64,000 bases of DNA, taken from Eledone cirrhosa. Its lineage: Eukaryota. A program made the position numbers and the translations under genes. The stretch covers positions 125,612,001-125,676,000 of the forward strand of contig OZ024743.1 of the NCBI GenBank assembly GCA_964016885.1, given 5' to 3'. Below the pieces are notes generated by a model, which worked only from the letters and a program-made list of their open reading frames with translations, ran no database searches and was not told where the DNA came from. Below, in pieces: positions 11,941 to 27,209 of the stretch. Each line of letters opens with the position of its first letter. The first letter of the stretch is position 1.

Positions 11941-12529
11941 TGCATGCATGTTCATAATATTATTGTGACCATGCATGTTACCTTTCTAGTGGAGAAAACA
12001 GACATTAAATGATGATGATGTTGATTGAAGTTCATCATATGCATTGCTAACATTCCATATCTTTCTTCAAATTTTAAAAAGCATTTTTTTGTAAAAAGAA
12101 ATATAATTTATGAATCATTCAGATTTTTCAGAGTAAGTTTACCTCATACAATAGAAATGTGATCCGTTTTGCTTTATTTACAATAGCTTGGTAGCTTATG
12201 TTTCCATATTAAATTCTATTGTTATTGATTTAGGCATTTGTCTCTTTGAAATCTATAGAATAAATATCAGTAACATATTTTTTTTAAATTGATTCAAATG
12301 ATTGCTGTGCACTCAATGTTACTAAAAAGTTTTAGCTTAGATGAATATATGTATGTGCGTGTATTCCTATTTATAGAATATAGTTTTGACCAGTGAATCA
12401 GTTGATGCATTACCAAATATTTTGTAGAAGAAAATTTAAGGAATCAATAGACATTTATATTGTGGTGCCTAAACATGTTCAAAAGAAAAAGAAGTAAATT
12501 ACTTACTTATTTCGTTTTTGTATTTGTTT

Positions 12530-12825
12530 CAAGGATGTGTTTGAAACAAATATTGTTATACTTTGGGAGGGCCATGCTGCCAATACAATTTATTATTATA
12601 ATTTCTCAGTTGGCTAGTTTAATAACTGGATGGTTGTTTAGTTGTTGATTATCACCAAAGCTCTCTTGTTACACATTCTGTGATCTCCTCAGTGACTACT
12701 TTTGTTGTTATTTTGAGTCTCTCCTTTGTTCGGTTTTGTGAGGTCACAGAATATATGATGAAGAGCTTTGATGACAATTAACAACTAAGCAACCATCCGG
12801 TTATTAAACTAACCGACTGGTAAAT
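12530..12825. repeat. Fold-back element (arms 12607-12687 and 12740-12819)
   Basis: ~80-bp imperfect inverted repeat. The leader gaaacaaatattgttatactt.gggaggg.cat is shared with 17947-17979. Confidence 0.75.
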
Positions 12826-12854
12826 TGCTTATTTTTTTAGTTAAATACAGTTAA

Positions 12855-13075
12855 CCCTTTAGCATTCACATTACTCTATATTTACTTTGTATTTTCACGG
12901 AAAAGGCTTTATCTTACATAATATATCTCGCATGATATCGAATTTATGAGATTTTGATATTATTTATTTTGAGAACAATACCTTTAGATAAGTATGAGCA
13001 GCTGGTTATGGCCGGTTTAAACAGAAAGAGGTGAGAGAATTCTGGCTGGATACAACCAGTTTAAATGCTAAAGGG
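12855..13075. mobile_element. piggyBac-like MITE
   Basis: TTAA|CCCTTTAGCATT...AATGCTAAAGGG|TTAA. Confidence 0.85.
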
Positions 13076-14326
13076 TTAATAGTGGGCCAAGTTATTTGAT
13101 CTGTGGCTTCATTACCCCATTCTGTGGTATATTCAAACTAGACTAAAAGGGAGGAGGCTAGGGATACTTTATATGGGTCTAGTCTTATCTGTTAACAAAA
13201 ACGTGTCTTATTTTATCAAAGACATTTGTGGTAGTTTTGTAGCCCCAGGTCAGCCATGATTGCACAGGCCTAAAATCGAAGGTATTCCAGCTATATCTAT
13301 CAACATCCTTTTCTTAGGCACACTGCACTCATCATCACATTATCTAATTTGTACTCCTTTTCTAAGATGGTAGAATATGATTTGAGGGTTTAGACTATGA
13401 GTAGATTATTATGATACAGTAGAAAGAAGATTAAACTGAAGTAAAAATAATATAATTAGATATATTGCAGATCATGAAATCAAATATTGATAATTTAAAT
13501 GTTCATAAAGCCTCTGGTGTCGTGAAATGAAAATTGACTTGTGATGCCATCATTCCTGCAAAATATAATATTAGATACTTTTAATTAAGTATATAGATAT
13601 GGGTGTGATCTGAGACATTCATATGTTTGCCTGGGGAATTAGCAGTAGAGTGATATGGTTTGAACCTAGAATTGAAATCGGATCAATTCACTAAACCCAT
13701 CAAATGAAATATTCATTTGTTTAAAAGTAAACTCTGAGTTTGTCTGTGACATCACTGGTGCCAAGCTGTATTAGGCCTTGCCTTTCCCTTGGATAACATC
13801 AATGGCAAGGAGACAGGAAGCCTCCATGCACGGGTGACTGCTAGTCTTTAGAACCTTTGTTCAGGCATGTCTTGAAAAGGAATTTATAGGAGCAGATCCA
13901 TAATTGTATGAGATATATGGAGACTGTGGAAGACCTAGGAAACAGGAAATTGCAATGTTTATATTTTTTCCTGGTGATATAATCACTGAAACTGATGAGA
14001 ATTGGCAGTAACTAGGTATTGAAACTACATTGTGATCAACAGTAGCTAAAGTGTGTACCACTTGGGATAGTCCTTGAGTTTGACCTCCCCATTCCTCAAA
14101 AAAAAAATGCAGCAGACCAAAAGCCTGGCCTCCCAAAAAGTGCCAGCCATGGTAGAGCATCTACTCACTCACTTCTAGTTATTCTACTAATTGGGGTTTC
14201 AACTGGCCAGGTGCTAAACCCTTACTTTACAATGCAGAATCCAATGAAATAAAGTATTTCACAATGTTTGAATATTAGAGAGAAGTAGATAATCAGACAA
14301 AATTAATTGTAATCATGTGAAGTATT

Positions 14327-14670
14327 GGGAGATGGCCAAAGGATTTAGAGGTTTGTTTCACAATCATTAGGTCCTGGGTTTAATCCCACTGTGTGGTATC
14401 TAGAGCAAGAGTCATTTACCAAAGCCTTGTGTTGACTCGTGCCTTGTGAATGAAATTGAAGTGATGGGAACTGTTTGGAAGCCCATTGAATGGGCTATAC
14501 CTGTAATTCAAATGATTAGCCTTGTCACACACAGAAATTCCCTGAGAATTATGTTACGGGTACACATGTCTGTGGAACACTCAGCCACTTACATATTAAT
14601 TCATGAACAGGCAGTTCCTTTGATTGAACAACTGGAACACTCATCATAGAAACTGATGGAGATCCATTGT
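14327..14670 (+). mobile_element. SINE family C (diverged)
   Basis: Degenerate tRNA-like head. Colinear with the split copy at 57175-57830. Confidence 0.7.
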
Positions 14671-14901
14671 CATCCTCATGTTTTTAGATGCGTGATTTTC
14701 TGCAGTTATCAGCAACCATACGTGACACTTGCTATGTACTGATGCATTCATGTAGAAATTGAAATCCTCAGATAATTGTTCTTATAACTACAACTTTGAA
14801 AGCATGGCTAAATATAGAAATATATTGATTGGTATGTGGTAAACATATATAGACATGCAACCACCAGAAAGAACCTGAAGTTCAGAGAATTTTGTTTGAT
14901 A

Positions 14902-15239
14902 TCATCATCATTTCATTTTACGTCCGCTTTTTCCCTGCTTGCAAGGGTGGGACGGGAACTGATTTTGGCTTGATTTCTACAGCTGGATGCCCTTCCTAAC
15001 ACCAACCTCATTTACAGTGAGTGCTGGGTGCTTTTTTGCCGTGGTACCTCCACGACCACTTTGCAGTGGAATGATATGGACCCCAGTCCCTATCATCTCA
15101 TTTCTACAGCTGAGTAAACTGGAGCAATGTGAAATAAAGTGTCTTGCTCAAGGAAACAACACATCACCCGGTCTGAGGATTGAACTCACAACCTTTCGAT
15201 TGCAAGGCCAATGCTCTAACCACTAAGCCATGTGCCTCC
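14902..15239 (-). mobile_element. SINE family B
   Basis: Near-identical reverse complement of 11591-11940. Confidence 0.9.
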
Positions 15240-16454
15240 ATATATCAAATATATATTGATATCCAAGAACATATATCACATGATTAATCTTTTTGCACCA
15301 ACTTCTCTAAACCCTGCTCTGGTTCTATAAAATAAAATCACTAATTTTAAAGGTTTCCTATTTAAACTAAAATCTTCCAACATAATTTAATATAAGAACC
15401 ATACGTTAAGTTATATTACAAACCACAAGAAACCACATTAACAAAGATATTCTTGCAATATAAAACCAAACCATGACTGCATCACATTAAAAATTAAAGT
15501 CCTTACATTTATATTACAAATTTTCACAATGATTTGACCACTAATATCGATATGACAAACATTTGAATTAACAGATCCATTTTTAGATATTTTCTGTTAA
15601 ATCATTCCAGAATATTAAAATAACTATTGATCTTAGTAAATTCATCAAAATTTTTCATTAATTCAAATATACTGTATGTCATTATAAATATGGATATATT
15701 CATCATTGTTGCTGAAGTGACAAAGAATAAATATATACTGACATCAACATACAATATCAAGGTTTATTTCTTTATAAATAAGAGAAGGTTGCTATTGTTG
15801 TACAACCCTAGGTCATCTTTGATTAAACAGACCTATGATCTAGGGTATTTTATTGAGGGATTGTGTAACTAGGACTACATTATTCAATGTGTCCTCCCTT
15901 CCTCTTTTTGAAAGACACTTCAACTTCAATAAAACCCACAAAAAAGACCATGTCCAAGCATAACTATAATCCAATGACTTGAAACCATTAAAAAAAAAAA
16001 TAAGATAATCCTCCTTATTGCAGCTCCATCGTGGCCATGATTATATGTTTGCATAATTTTCTTTTTTTTCCCGACATCTTTCCAGCTGACATTAATATCA
16101 ATTAAAACAGTTAAATTCATTCCTGCACTAATTATTAGTTACACTATTATTATCCTTTAACACAACATTCAGAGGTTACCTGGCAGCTTTCCTATTGTAT
16201 TAAGAAGGACGTGCTATATGTAGCAATCATATGGTGAACTTGTTAAGCTTCACCCTGGGAAGAATTCCAAACATCATCCAATGTGTATTTACTAAACATA
16301 AAGACTATTAGTCATAATTGTCTTGTTTCTAACTGAATTTAATATTCCCCTATAAAACATAATGATGAGGTAATGCTTAATTACTATATATATATCTATA
16401 TATCTAAATATAATATTTTTTATTATGGTTAACTAATGAATCATGTTTCTCTAG

Positions 16455-16485
16455 ATTTTTGCCTGTATACTCACAGGATCATCAG
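16455..16485 (+). CDS. Candidate 31-bp micro-exon (IFACILTGSS)
   Basis: tttctctag acceptor and CAG|gtaaga donor. No homology evidence. Confidence 0.25.
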
Positions 16486-16587
16486 GTAAGACTGAATATA
16501 CAGATGAAACTCCAGAGTAACAAGACTCATCACTTAACCATAATAAAGAGTATTAATGAACTCTATTTTGGTATTTACTACTCATTC

Positions 16588-17368
16588 TCAAGTCCATCAA
16601 CATCCCACATTACTGTCAGCAGCGGGGCATTTCTGTCAGCAGCGATTTGTGTTGGACAAAGCACATCTCTAAAATTGTCAAGAGGGCCGAGGGTGTCTTG
16701 GCATCACTCAGCAAGACCTTTGTTAACCGCTCTCCAGCCATCTATTTAAAGCTCTATACAGCTATGGTACAACCACACTTGGAATTCACATCATCAGTCT
16801 GGAACCCCTATCTTGCTCAGAACATTGACCTCCGGGAAACTGTTCAGAGATGTGCAACCAAACGCATACCCTCCATCAGACACCTACCATACTCTGAACG
16901 CCTTGCTTCCCTGGGCATGGATTCATTGAAGCTCCGACGTCTGGCAATGGACTTGGTAAACACCCACAAAATTATTAACCATCTCGCCAACAACAACTCT
17001 GAGCACCTTTTTGATCTCCATGTGTCTAACACACGTGGACATGCCTACAAAGTCAGAAAACAGCACAGCTCCCATGACTTTCGTAGACATTTTTTCATGC
17101 TTAGAGTTGCTGAAGCATGGAACAAACTGCCTGCGTCAGTTGTTAGCTGCCGAGACACTGCATCCTTTAAAACCCTTATCCTTCCCCAAATTCGCCAAAA
17201 CTACACCTGATGTCCCCCTTCCATACACATGCACACATGTGTATATCATGACTCATGCACTGTTCCTTTTCCTGACGTTTGTACATTACCCTATGTACTC
17301 TACATACACTTTTAATGAGTTGTAGTGCATCTGAGCACTGTACACAATATTTTCATTATTATTATTAT
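16588..17368 (+). mobile_element. CR1-group LINE, 5'-truncated
   Basis: ORF 16647-17210 has LYTAMVQPHLEF..VWNPY..ETVQRCATK..YSERL..RRHFF..RVAEAWNKLP. It ends in an (ATT)n tail. Confidence 0.85.
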
Positions 17369-17384
17369 ATATCTAAATATATAA

Positions 17385-17745
17385 CATCATCCTCATCATC
17401 ATCATTGTTTAATGTCCATCTTCCACACTAGCATGGGTTGGACAGGTTTGTCCTACTTGAGGCAAGATTGGTCAGGTGACCGTGCTTTACTCATATAGAA
17501 CTGTATCTGGCAGGTTTTCTACGGCTGGATGCCCTTCCTAACACCAACCACATATACAGTGTGGACTGAGAGCCTTTTTACTATGTCTCCTACATGACCA
17601 CTTTACAGCGTGGACTGGGTGCTTTTTGTCATGACACCTACACAACCACTTTACAGTGTGGATTGGATGTTCTGTGGTACCAACATAACTTTACAGAGAA
17701 AGGGTAGTGTGGGTGGAAGTGGGAGGATGGAGTGGGGGTAAAGTA
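17385..17745 (-). mobile_element. RTE 3' UTR fragment
   Basis: Reverse complement of the 20000-20330-type UTR, with a (CAT)n tail. Confidence 0.8.
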
Positions 17746-17953
17746 GATAAAGTGACCAAGCTTAAACTTCAAAGCCACTGTCAGTTTTCTATTAAAAAAA
17801 CAAAAATTACACACTCCTTACATGTATTGAAAGTTCATTTATTAAATGTTTGATTACTTTAAATATTTTAAACACCTATCTAAATATATATATATATAAC
17901 GGCGATGAATTAGTTTTGCGAGGTTTTTGATATGAAGTCGTGTGTCGAAACAA

Positions 17954-18464
17954 ATATTGTTATACTTGGGGAGGGTCATATTTGTGTAATAATATTACCA
18001 GAATTAATAACAGAATACACTCACTGTTTGGTAAACTAAGATAGAATACATTAACCAATACACAGTCACCCAAACAAGAACACACATCAAACAAAACACT
18101 ATACACACAGGCAAACGCATGCGCAGAGAAGACAAAAAAATAAACAAATAAATAAATAAATAAACAGACTAAATAAAGATGGTGTAGGCATGCAATGCAA
18201 TGGGAGGAAACATAATAGCACCACTGACGATGTTACAGATGTGCAACGAAAGAACTTTGATAGACTATATATATGTGTTTGTGTCTATATTATATCTGTA
18301 TTTTTGACCGTTGGTCAGTCAATGGTAACATTGAGGACCAAATAAATTAAATTAACCGATATAAAAGACACAGAAGCGAAAACCAACCAAACAGTGAGTG
18401 TGTTCTGTTATTAATTCTGGCAATATTATTACACAAATATGACCCTCCCCAAATATAACAATAT
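17954..18464. mobile_element. Element with 79-bp terminal inverted repeats
   Basis: 17954-18032 and 18386-18464 are near-perfect reverse complements. An internal CTGACGA..GAAA motif lies at ~18223-18250. Confidence 0.75.
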
Positions 18465-18480
18465 ATATATATATATATAT

Positions 18481-20820
<2,340 letters not shown>

Positions 20821-20963
20821 ATATATATATATATATGTATATATAAGTAGTAACACAACAGTTAGTTCGCCATACCGGGAACAATTGTTTCACCTTATGC
20901 AGATCTTCAGCTCTGACTGAAGATCCACATATATATAATGGTAGAACTTTCCAGTGTTCTACC

Positions 20964-21000
<37 letters not shown>

Positions 21001-21119
21001 CTGGTGATTTCTTCCGAATGAAACAGTTCTAGTTCTATATATATCTATCTATATATACCTGTCCAACCAAGCCAGCATAGAAAAGTGAACATAAAATTAT
21101 GATGTTGATGATATATATA

Positions 21120-21500
21120 GCAGTGCCATCCAGTTCCAGGCACCCAAACTGTCCCTCCTCATAGCAGTACCATCCAGTTCCATGCTGTAATTCTGGGTGT
21201 GCGTCTGAAACTATGGTTCCGCTGTGAGAAGAGTTTGGCTCGGCCAACTGGCCTATCCCTCTTCATAACAGTGCCATCCAGTCGCACACTGTAAATGTGC
21301 TGAGTGTTAGGAAGGGCATCCAGCTGTGAAAACCCTGGCCAAATTTACAGTTTTGCCAGAGCAAGGCCATGGCCAATCCTGGCTAGACTTGTATCTCATT
21401 GCGGATGACCCGTCTTACCTATGCAAGCATGGAAAAATGGACGACTCGTCTAACCTATGCTAGCGTGGGAAAATGTTAAACAGTGATGATGATGATGGTG
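21120..21500 (+). mobile_element. RTE 3' UTR fragment of the tandem-array subfamily
   Basis: ggccaactggcc / ccatccagttcc / gttaggaagggcatccagc units as in 29843-30990, plus a (GAT)n tail. Confidence 0.65.
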
Positions 21501-21515
21501 ATATATATATATATA

Positions 21516-21550
<35 letters not shown>

Positions 21551-21554
21551 CTAT

Positions 21555-21890
21555 CTAAGGCGGGTAAAACTCCTGAGATCCATGGACGAGTTCTCTCCAG
21601 CGGTCTCTGTCCCTCATTATCGCTGCCATATCCTGCATCTCCAACAGACCAGTGTCTGTCCTTAGGGCATCAACATATGTTAACCTTGGTCTTCCTCTTC
21701 TAGTGTGTCCATGTAGGGGCTCCCAAAGGAGCACTGAGTGCAATGTCAACTCTGGATGTCGGTGAGCATGTCCAGCCAACCTCAGTCTTCTCTGTGTCAC
21801 TTTTGAGCTGACTTTTGGGATGCTCCCATACAGCTCTGAGTTTTTCATCCTCAGTGTATACTGATTAATGTTCAGAGCCATCCTCAGCAT
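21555..21890 (-). mobile_element. RTE-group LINE C-terminal fragment (distinct subfamily)
   Basis: MLRMALNI..ELYG..QRRLRLAGHAHRH..LLWEP..RGRPRLTYVDAL. Confidence 0.8.
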
Positions 21891-21899
21891 ATATATATA

Positions 21900-22250
21900 T
21901 CAGCATCACCGTTTAACGTTTTTCCACGCTAGCATGGGTTAGACGAGATGTCCAGTTCTGGGCAATGCTAGTTCAGGTGACTATGTGTTGCTCATACAGA
22001 ACTGATTTTGGCTTGGTTTCTACACTGGATGCCCTTCCTAACGCCAACCTCATTTACAGTGAGTACAGGGAGCTTTTTGTCGTGAGACGTACGTGACCAC
22101 TTTACAGTGGGAGGGCATGTTGGGGCATACTGCATATATGCTTCAGCATCGGGCTGTACCCGTTGGAAGTCGGGTCTTCTGTATCACTGCGTAATGCAGT
22201 GTCATCGCTTTTGAGAGATGCAATTGAGCGAGGTCAATGTGCGTGTGAAT
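21900..22250 (-). mobile_element. RTE 3' end fragment
   Basis: DLAQLHLSKAMT..YAVIQKTR followed by the RTE UTR. Confidence 0.8.
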
Positions 22251-22251
22251 G

Positions 22252-22294
<43 letters not shown>

Positions 22295-22295
<1 letters not shown>

Positions 22296-23148
22296 AAAAA
22301 GGTTTCTCTCTAAAAATGAAAGGCAGATTATATGATGCCTGTATATGAACAGCAATGTTACATGGCAGTGAGACACTGGCATTGTGTGCAGAGGACCTGC
22401 GCAGACTGGAAAGGAATGAAGCATCCATGCTCCGCTGGATGTGTAATAGTAATATACGTGAATGGCAAAGCATAAATGAACTAAGTGAGAAATTAGGAAT
22501 AAGAGGGATCAGATGCTGTTTACTCGAGAGAAGACTACGTTGGTATAGCCACGTGATGCGCATGAAAGATGACAGCTGTATAAAAAAGTGCAGGGCGATC
22601 AAAATTGATGGTAGTTACGGAGTAGGTAGACCCAGAAAAACCTGGGACGATCTGATAAATTCCGACCTTACACACTTGCACCTCTCTAAGACAATGTCAC
22701 TGGACCGAGATCTTTGGCGCTACGCAGTAATACAGAAGACCCGCCTTGCCTATGTACAAAGTGAAACCTACAGTCAGTAGGCACCTCTTAACCAAATATA
22801 CACCCCAATCCACTACCCCTACCCTATCCTCCCACTCCCACTAACACCACCCTCTCTCAGTCCAAATAAATGCGATAATGCGATTGAGATCGTGTGGGTG
22901 TCATGACAAAAAAACACACAGTCCACGCTGTAATGTGGCCATGTAGGTAACGCGGTAAAAAGTTCCCAGTTCCACACTGTAAATGTGGTTGGTGTTAGGA
23001 AGGGCATCCAGCCGTAGAAAACCTGCCAGATAGTCCTATATGAGCGAGACACGGTCACCCGGCCAACTTTGCCTCAAGTGGGACAACTCCTGTCTAACCC
23101 ATGCCTGCGTGGAAGATAGACGTTAAATGAAGATGATGATGATGATGA
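22295..23148 (+). mobile_element. RTE LINE 3' fragment
   Basis: ORF 22355-22780 is closely similar to 19550-19950. It has the 3' UTR and (GAT)n tail. Confidence 0.9.
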
Positions 23149-23159
23149 TACATATATAT

Positions 23160-23825
23160 ATTCATCAAAGCAGAATTTCCAAGCATTGAGTCTCAAGCAA
23201 CATCTTCTCAAATGTGCTGGACAGGACATATCTTCCACATGAAAGAAAGCACGATCCCAAAGCAACTGCTTTACGGTGAGCTCCATCTTGGAAAAAGACC
23301 TCAACACAAACCGAAAACAAGGTACAAGGACAACATCAAGAATAACTTTAAAGAACTGGTATTTGATACAGACAACTGGGAGGAGATAGCTCTAAATAGG
23401 GCTGAGTAGATAAAGCACTTAAAGGGCTGTTGTAAAACTTTTGAGGAATATCGTCTAGAACATAAACAACTGAAGCATCAGCTGGGGAAGGGCTGTGCTC
23501 ACAGTCTTGATGAAGTCATCAGTAGTTGACCACTCGCAACACCGATGAACAAACACCTGGTGAAACAACGTGCATGATGTGCAACAATGTATGTAAAACT
23601 AGTTCTGGACTAAAAATAACACATGGTGGTGCATAAAGATTGTGTCCCACAGGGTCACCCCACCGGTCCTGTGAAAAGCACAACTCTCTTCTGTCACCCG
23701 TGTCGTAAATCATGCAGATCTACAGCTGGTCTACAAAGTCATCTACGAAGTCATGGATGTTGATGGGATGACAATGAAGAATCAATAAGAGACATCAACC
23801 GTCTGTGAAGACGGTGCAATCCTCA
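23160..23825 (+). mobile_element. RTE (BovB-like) C-terminal fragment with C2H2-like fingers
   Basis: WTGHIFHMKESTIPKQLLYGEL..GKRP..KPKTRYKD, then C..C...CKTSSGL and CHPCRKSCRSTAGLQSHLRSH. Confidence 0.8.
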
Positions 23826-23840
23826 TATATATATATGTGA

Positions 23841-23880
<40 letters not shown>

Positions 23881-23949
23881 AGGTGTATATATGTTTATAT
23901 ATATATATGTGTTTGTGTATATATATATTAGTGTGTGTGTATGTATATA

Positions 23950-24004
<55 letters not shown>

Positions 24005-24889
24005 AGTGAAATCTGTCCACACCTTGACCCCTGGGTGACATTTAATGGTCACTTTTTGGCATAAACAAGTCTGTGCATGGGCGATCTCTTGAAGTCACCC
24101 CTGTAGTTCTCAAGGCAGGGGACAGAGGAAGCGACATGTAAATAGCCTGTCTTAGACCAAGCAAAAGGCAGTTCAGAGCAGTTCCTGATAGAGTAATGAT
24201 GTAAAACATTTGCTTTCTACAGACCCCTTGGAGTCTACAGACTCTCTCTCTCTCCTGGTCTTACAGACTCTCACTTTCTATTACTCTCTCTCTTTCACTC
24301 AATCTCTATCTCTTGGTCTCTCTCTCAACCAAGACAGTGAAGTTCATGAAATTTTCTTGGTAAATACAATTTAATTCTACTTTTATAAACAAACAAATAA
24401 CGTACATAATCCCTGTGTATTTTTAGTATAGCTCCTGCATGAGTTATTTTCAATAAATATAGTGGTTTGGTGTCATCATGGTTCATTTATATTCATTTTC
24501 TGCATGGTCAAGGGACTATCATATCATCTTATTGAACACTCACTTACCTGCACACATGCAACCTCTGGTCACACTGTAGCACACAACAGTGACTGCACGA
24601 CACAGCAAGCTACAAGTGAGTACACACGCAACAACCGAATCAGCACCACAATACAATCCACTAACCAACATCGACCAACAAATAATCACTATATATATAA
24701 GAATAAGGATTAACAACGATTTAAATTAAATCATTTAATGATTGATGATTGTTTCATTAAAATAACTGCAACATTCCATTCCTGTTATATGAATCTCATC
24801 AGAATTGATTAAATATTAATAATATTTACCAATACATGCAGTGTGCAAGAGAGGAGAGTGTGTTAGTATCAATATGTGATTCATATGAA

Positions 24890-25425
24890 GGATGGTGTAG
24901 AGTGCTCAAAATTGATGGTAGCTATGGAGTAGGAAGACCTACAAAGGCTTGGGATAGGGTGATAAAGGCTGACCTTGTACAATTGCACCTCTCAAAGATG
25001 ATGACACAGGATCAAGATCTCTGGTGTTATGCAGTAATACAGAAGACCCACCTTCCGATATGCCCAGGTTGAAGCATACCTTCAGTATGTACAAAACTTT
25101 CCCCTACTTTCCCCACCCATGTCCTAACACCCTACCTTCCCCACCCACATCCTAACACTGCACCGCCCCCCCCCCCCCTGATAAGTCCTCCCCCCATCCC
25201 CTAGATCTGCCTCTCTCATCCCATGCACCTTTTCTACCCCAGCCCCCAGTCCACACTCTAGAGTGATCATTTTGGTGTCACAACAAAAGCATCCACTCCA
25301 CACTCTAAAGTGGTCATGTAAGTGTCACATCAAAAAGCACTTAGTCCACACTGTGAATGTGGTTGGCATTAGGAAAGGCATCCAACCATGGAAACTAACC
25401 TAGAATCAGAATATTCATCATGATG
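24890..25425 (+). mobile_element. RTE 3' fragment
   Basis: CRVLKIDGSYGVGRPTKAWD..YAVIQKT followed by a C-rich UTR. Confidence 0.8.
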
Positions 25426-25656
25426 ATGAATATTTACCATTACATGTCCATAAAATTATCACAGAGATCAAAAAAAAAATAAACAATTCAAATACAGTTT
25501 GGAAAAAATAGAATTTTATGGAAGCTTAAACATTAATTAGATATTAATTGAAATTTATTACTGATCTTGCTGTGGGCTATAAAATCGCATTGAGCTTTAA
25601 AATATGTTTTTCCTTTATATGGCTGTATTATCAACTCATCTAAATTCTTTTATACG

Positions 25657-25657
25657 T

Positions 25658-25752
<95 letters not shown>
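25657..25752. repeat. (TG)n microsatellite
   Basis: Read directly. Confidence 0.95.
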
Positions 25753-25756
<4 letters not shown>

Positions 25757-25808
25757 CACATATATATAAATAACAAATAGTTTTATCACTCTACATGGCT
25801 GAATACAA

Positions 25809-25945
25809 TAAATGTAATCTGAGTTTTTCGAATATTAATAATAATATTCGATTCATTTTCAAATGAATGGCTTAACAAGGCTGTTTGCATAATTGAAAAC
25901 AAATCGAATATTATTATTAATATTAAAAAACTCAGATTACATTTA
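25809..25945. repeat. AT-rich hairpin / small MITE
   Basis: aaatgtaatctgagttttt..aatattaataataatattcgatt is inverted against aatcgaatattattattaatatt..aaaaactcagattacattt. Confidence 0.75.
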
Positions 25946-25956
25946 TATATATATAC

Positions 25957-27142
25957 TTGCTGAATTACCTGGCATTGCCTGGGTTACTGTTGTTCTTATT
26001 CAGATTAGTAAACAATAAATATGAAGATATGTTTTTTTTTCTCATAATTATTTCAAAATATCTACATTTTATTTTTAAAATATCAAAATTGTAATGAAAA
26101 TAGAATTTAGAAATGAAATCTGTCAGTCTTGAAGCACCTTAGGGTAAACAATATTCATTGTGTAATTTTTTGTTGGTGTCCAAATGAATAAATTGTTGCT
26201 ACACACTCACACACTCTCATATACATATACTAAGACAGTCACACACAGACATACATTCATGCAGACACACGCATAGCTTTTCACCTCACTTTTGGTCAGT
26301 CGCAACATATGTGTAGATGTGTGTGTGTATTTAATAACGAACCTAATGAATGCGCTCACGCACACTTACAGACACATACATATTCATATACTAAATGTGA
26401 CGTCCTTGTGTTGTTTTGTATTGTTTTAATCCAAATGAAAATAAAAATTATCACACATACACTCACACACAAATACACTCACACATACACTCACACATAC
26501 ATACACGCTCACATACACTCTCATATACACTCACTCTCGCATACACTCACACACACTCTCACATACACTCAAACACACTCTCACATACACTCACATACAT
26601 ATACTAAGACAGACACACACAGACATATATTCACGCACACCTGTCTGTCATCACATATGTATCTGTATGTGTAGATGTGTGTGCATGTTTAATTCTCTGA
26701 GGCCTAACATGAAAATAAAAATTATCACACATACACTCACACACATACACTCTCACATACACTTACACACACATACACTCTCACATACATATACTAAGAC
26801 AGACGCACACAGACATACATTCACGGACACCTATTACTTGTGTAGACGTATGTGTGTGTTTAATTCTCTGAGGCCTAACGTACATAATGAACTTGCAAAC
26901 AAACACTCACAGATACATACACACTCATACACAAAATGTGTTTGTGGTGGTGATTTACTATTGTTCACTATAGAAAGGTTATTTTAGATAAAATGTCATA
27001 TTGTTTTAATCCAAATGAAAATAAAAATTACATGTTGACACTCCTGAGGTCTAATACTATATTACCTTGTAAAATTTGATTTGATTTGGTCCAGCGATTT
27101 CAGAATGCATAGGAACAGACAGACAGACAGACAGAGACAAAG

Positions 27143-27150
<8 letters not shown>
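25957..27150 (-). mobile_element. Helitron-like non-autonomous element with CA-rich internal repeats
   Basis: On the minus strand, a 5' (TA)n-aaaa..(tctg)n start and a 3' cccaggcaatgccaggtaattcagcaag end resembling the end at 47159. There are internal direct repeats at 26200-27050. Confidence 0.55.

Positions 27151-27209
<59 letters not shown>

Noticed and set aside
24002-24340. Possible solo LTR starting TGTAGTG
   Set aside because: No convincing right terminus or TSD could be fixed.
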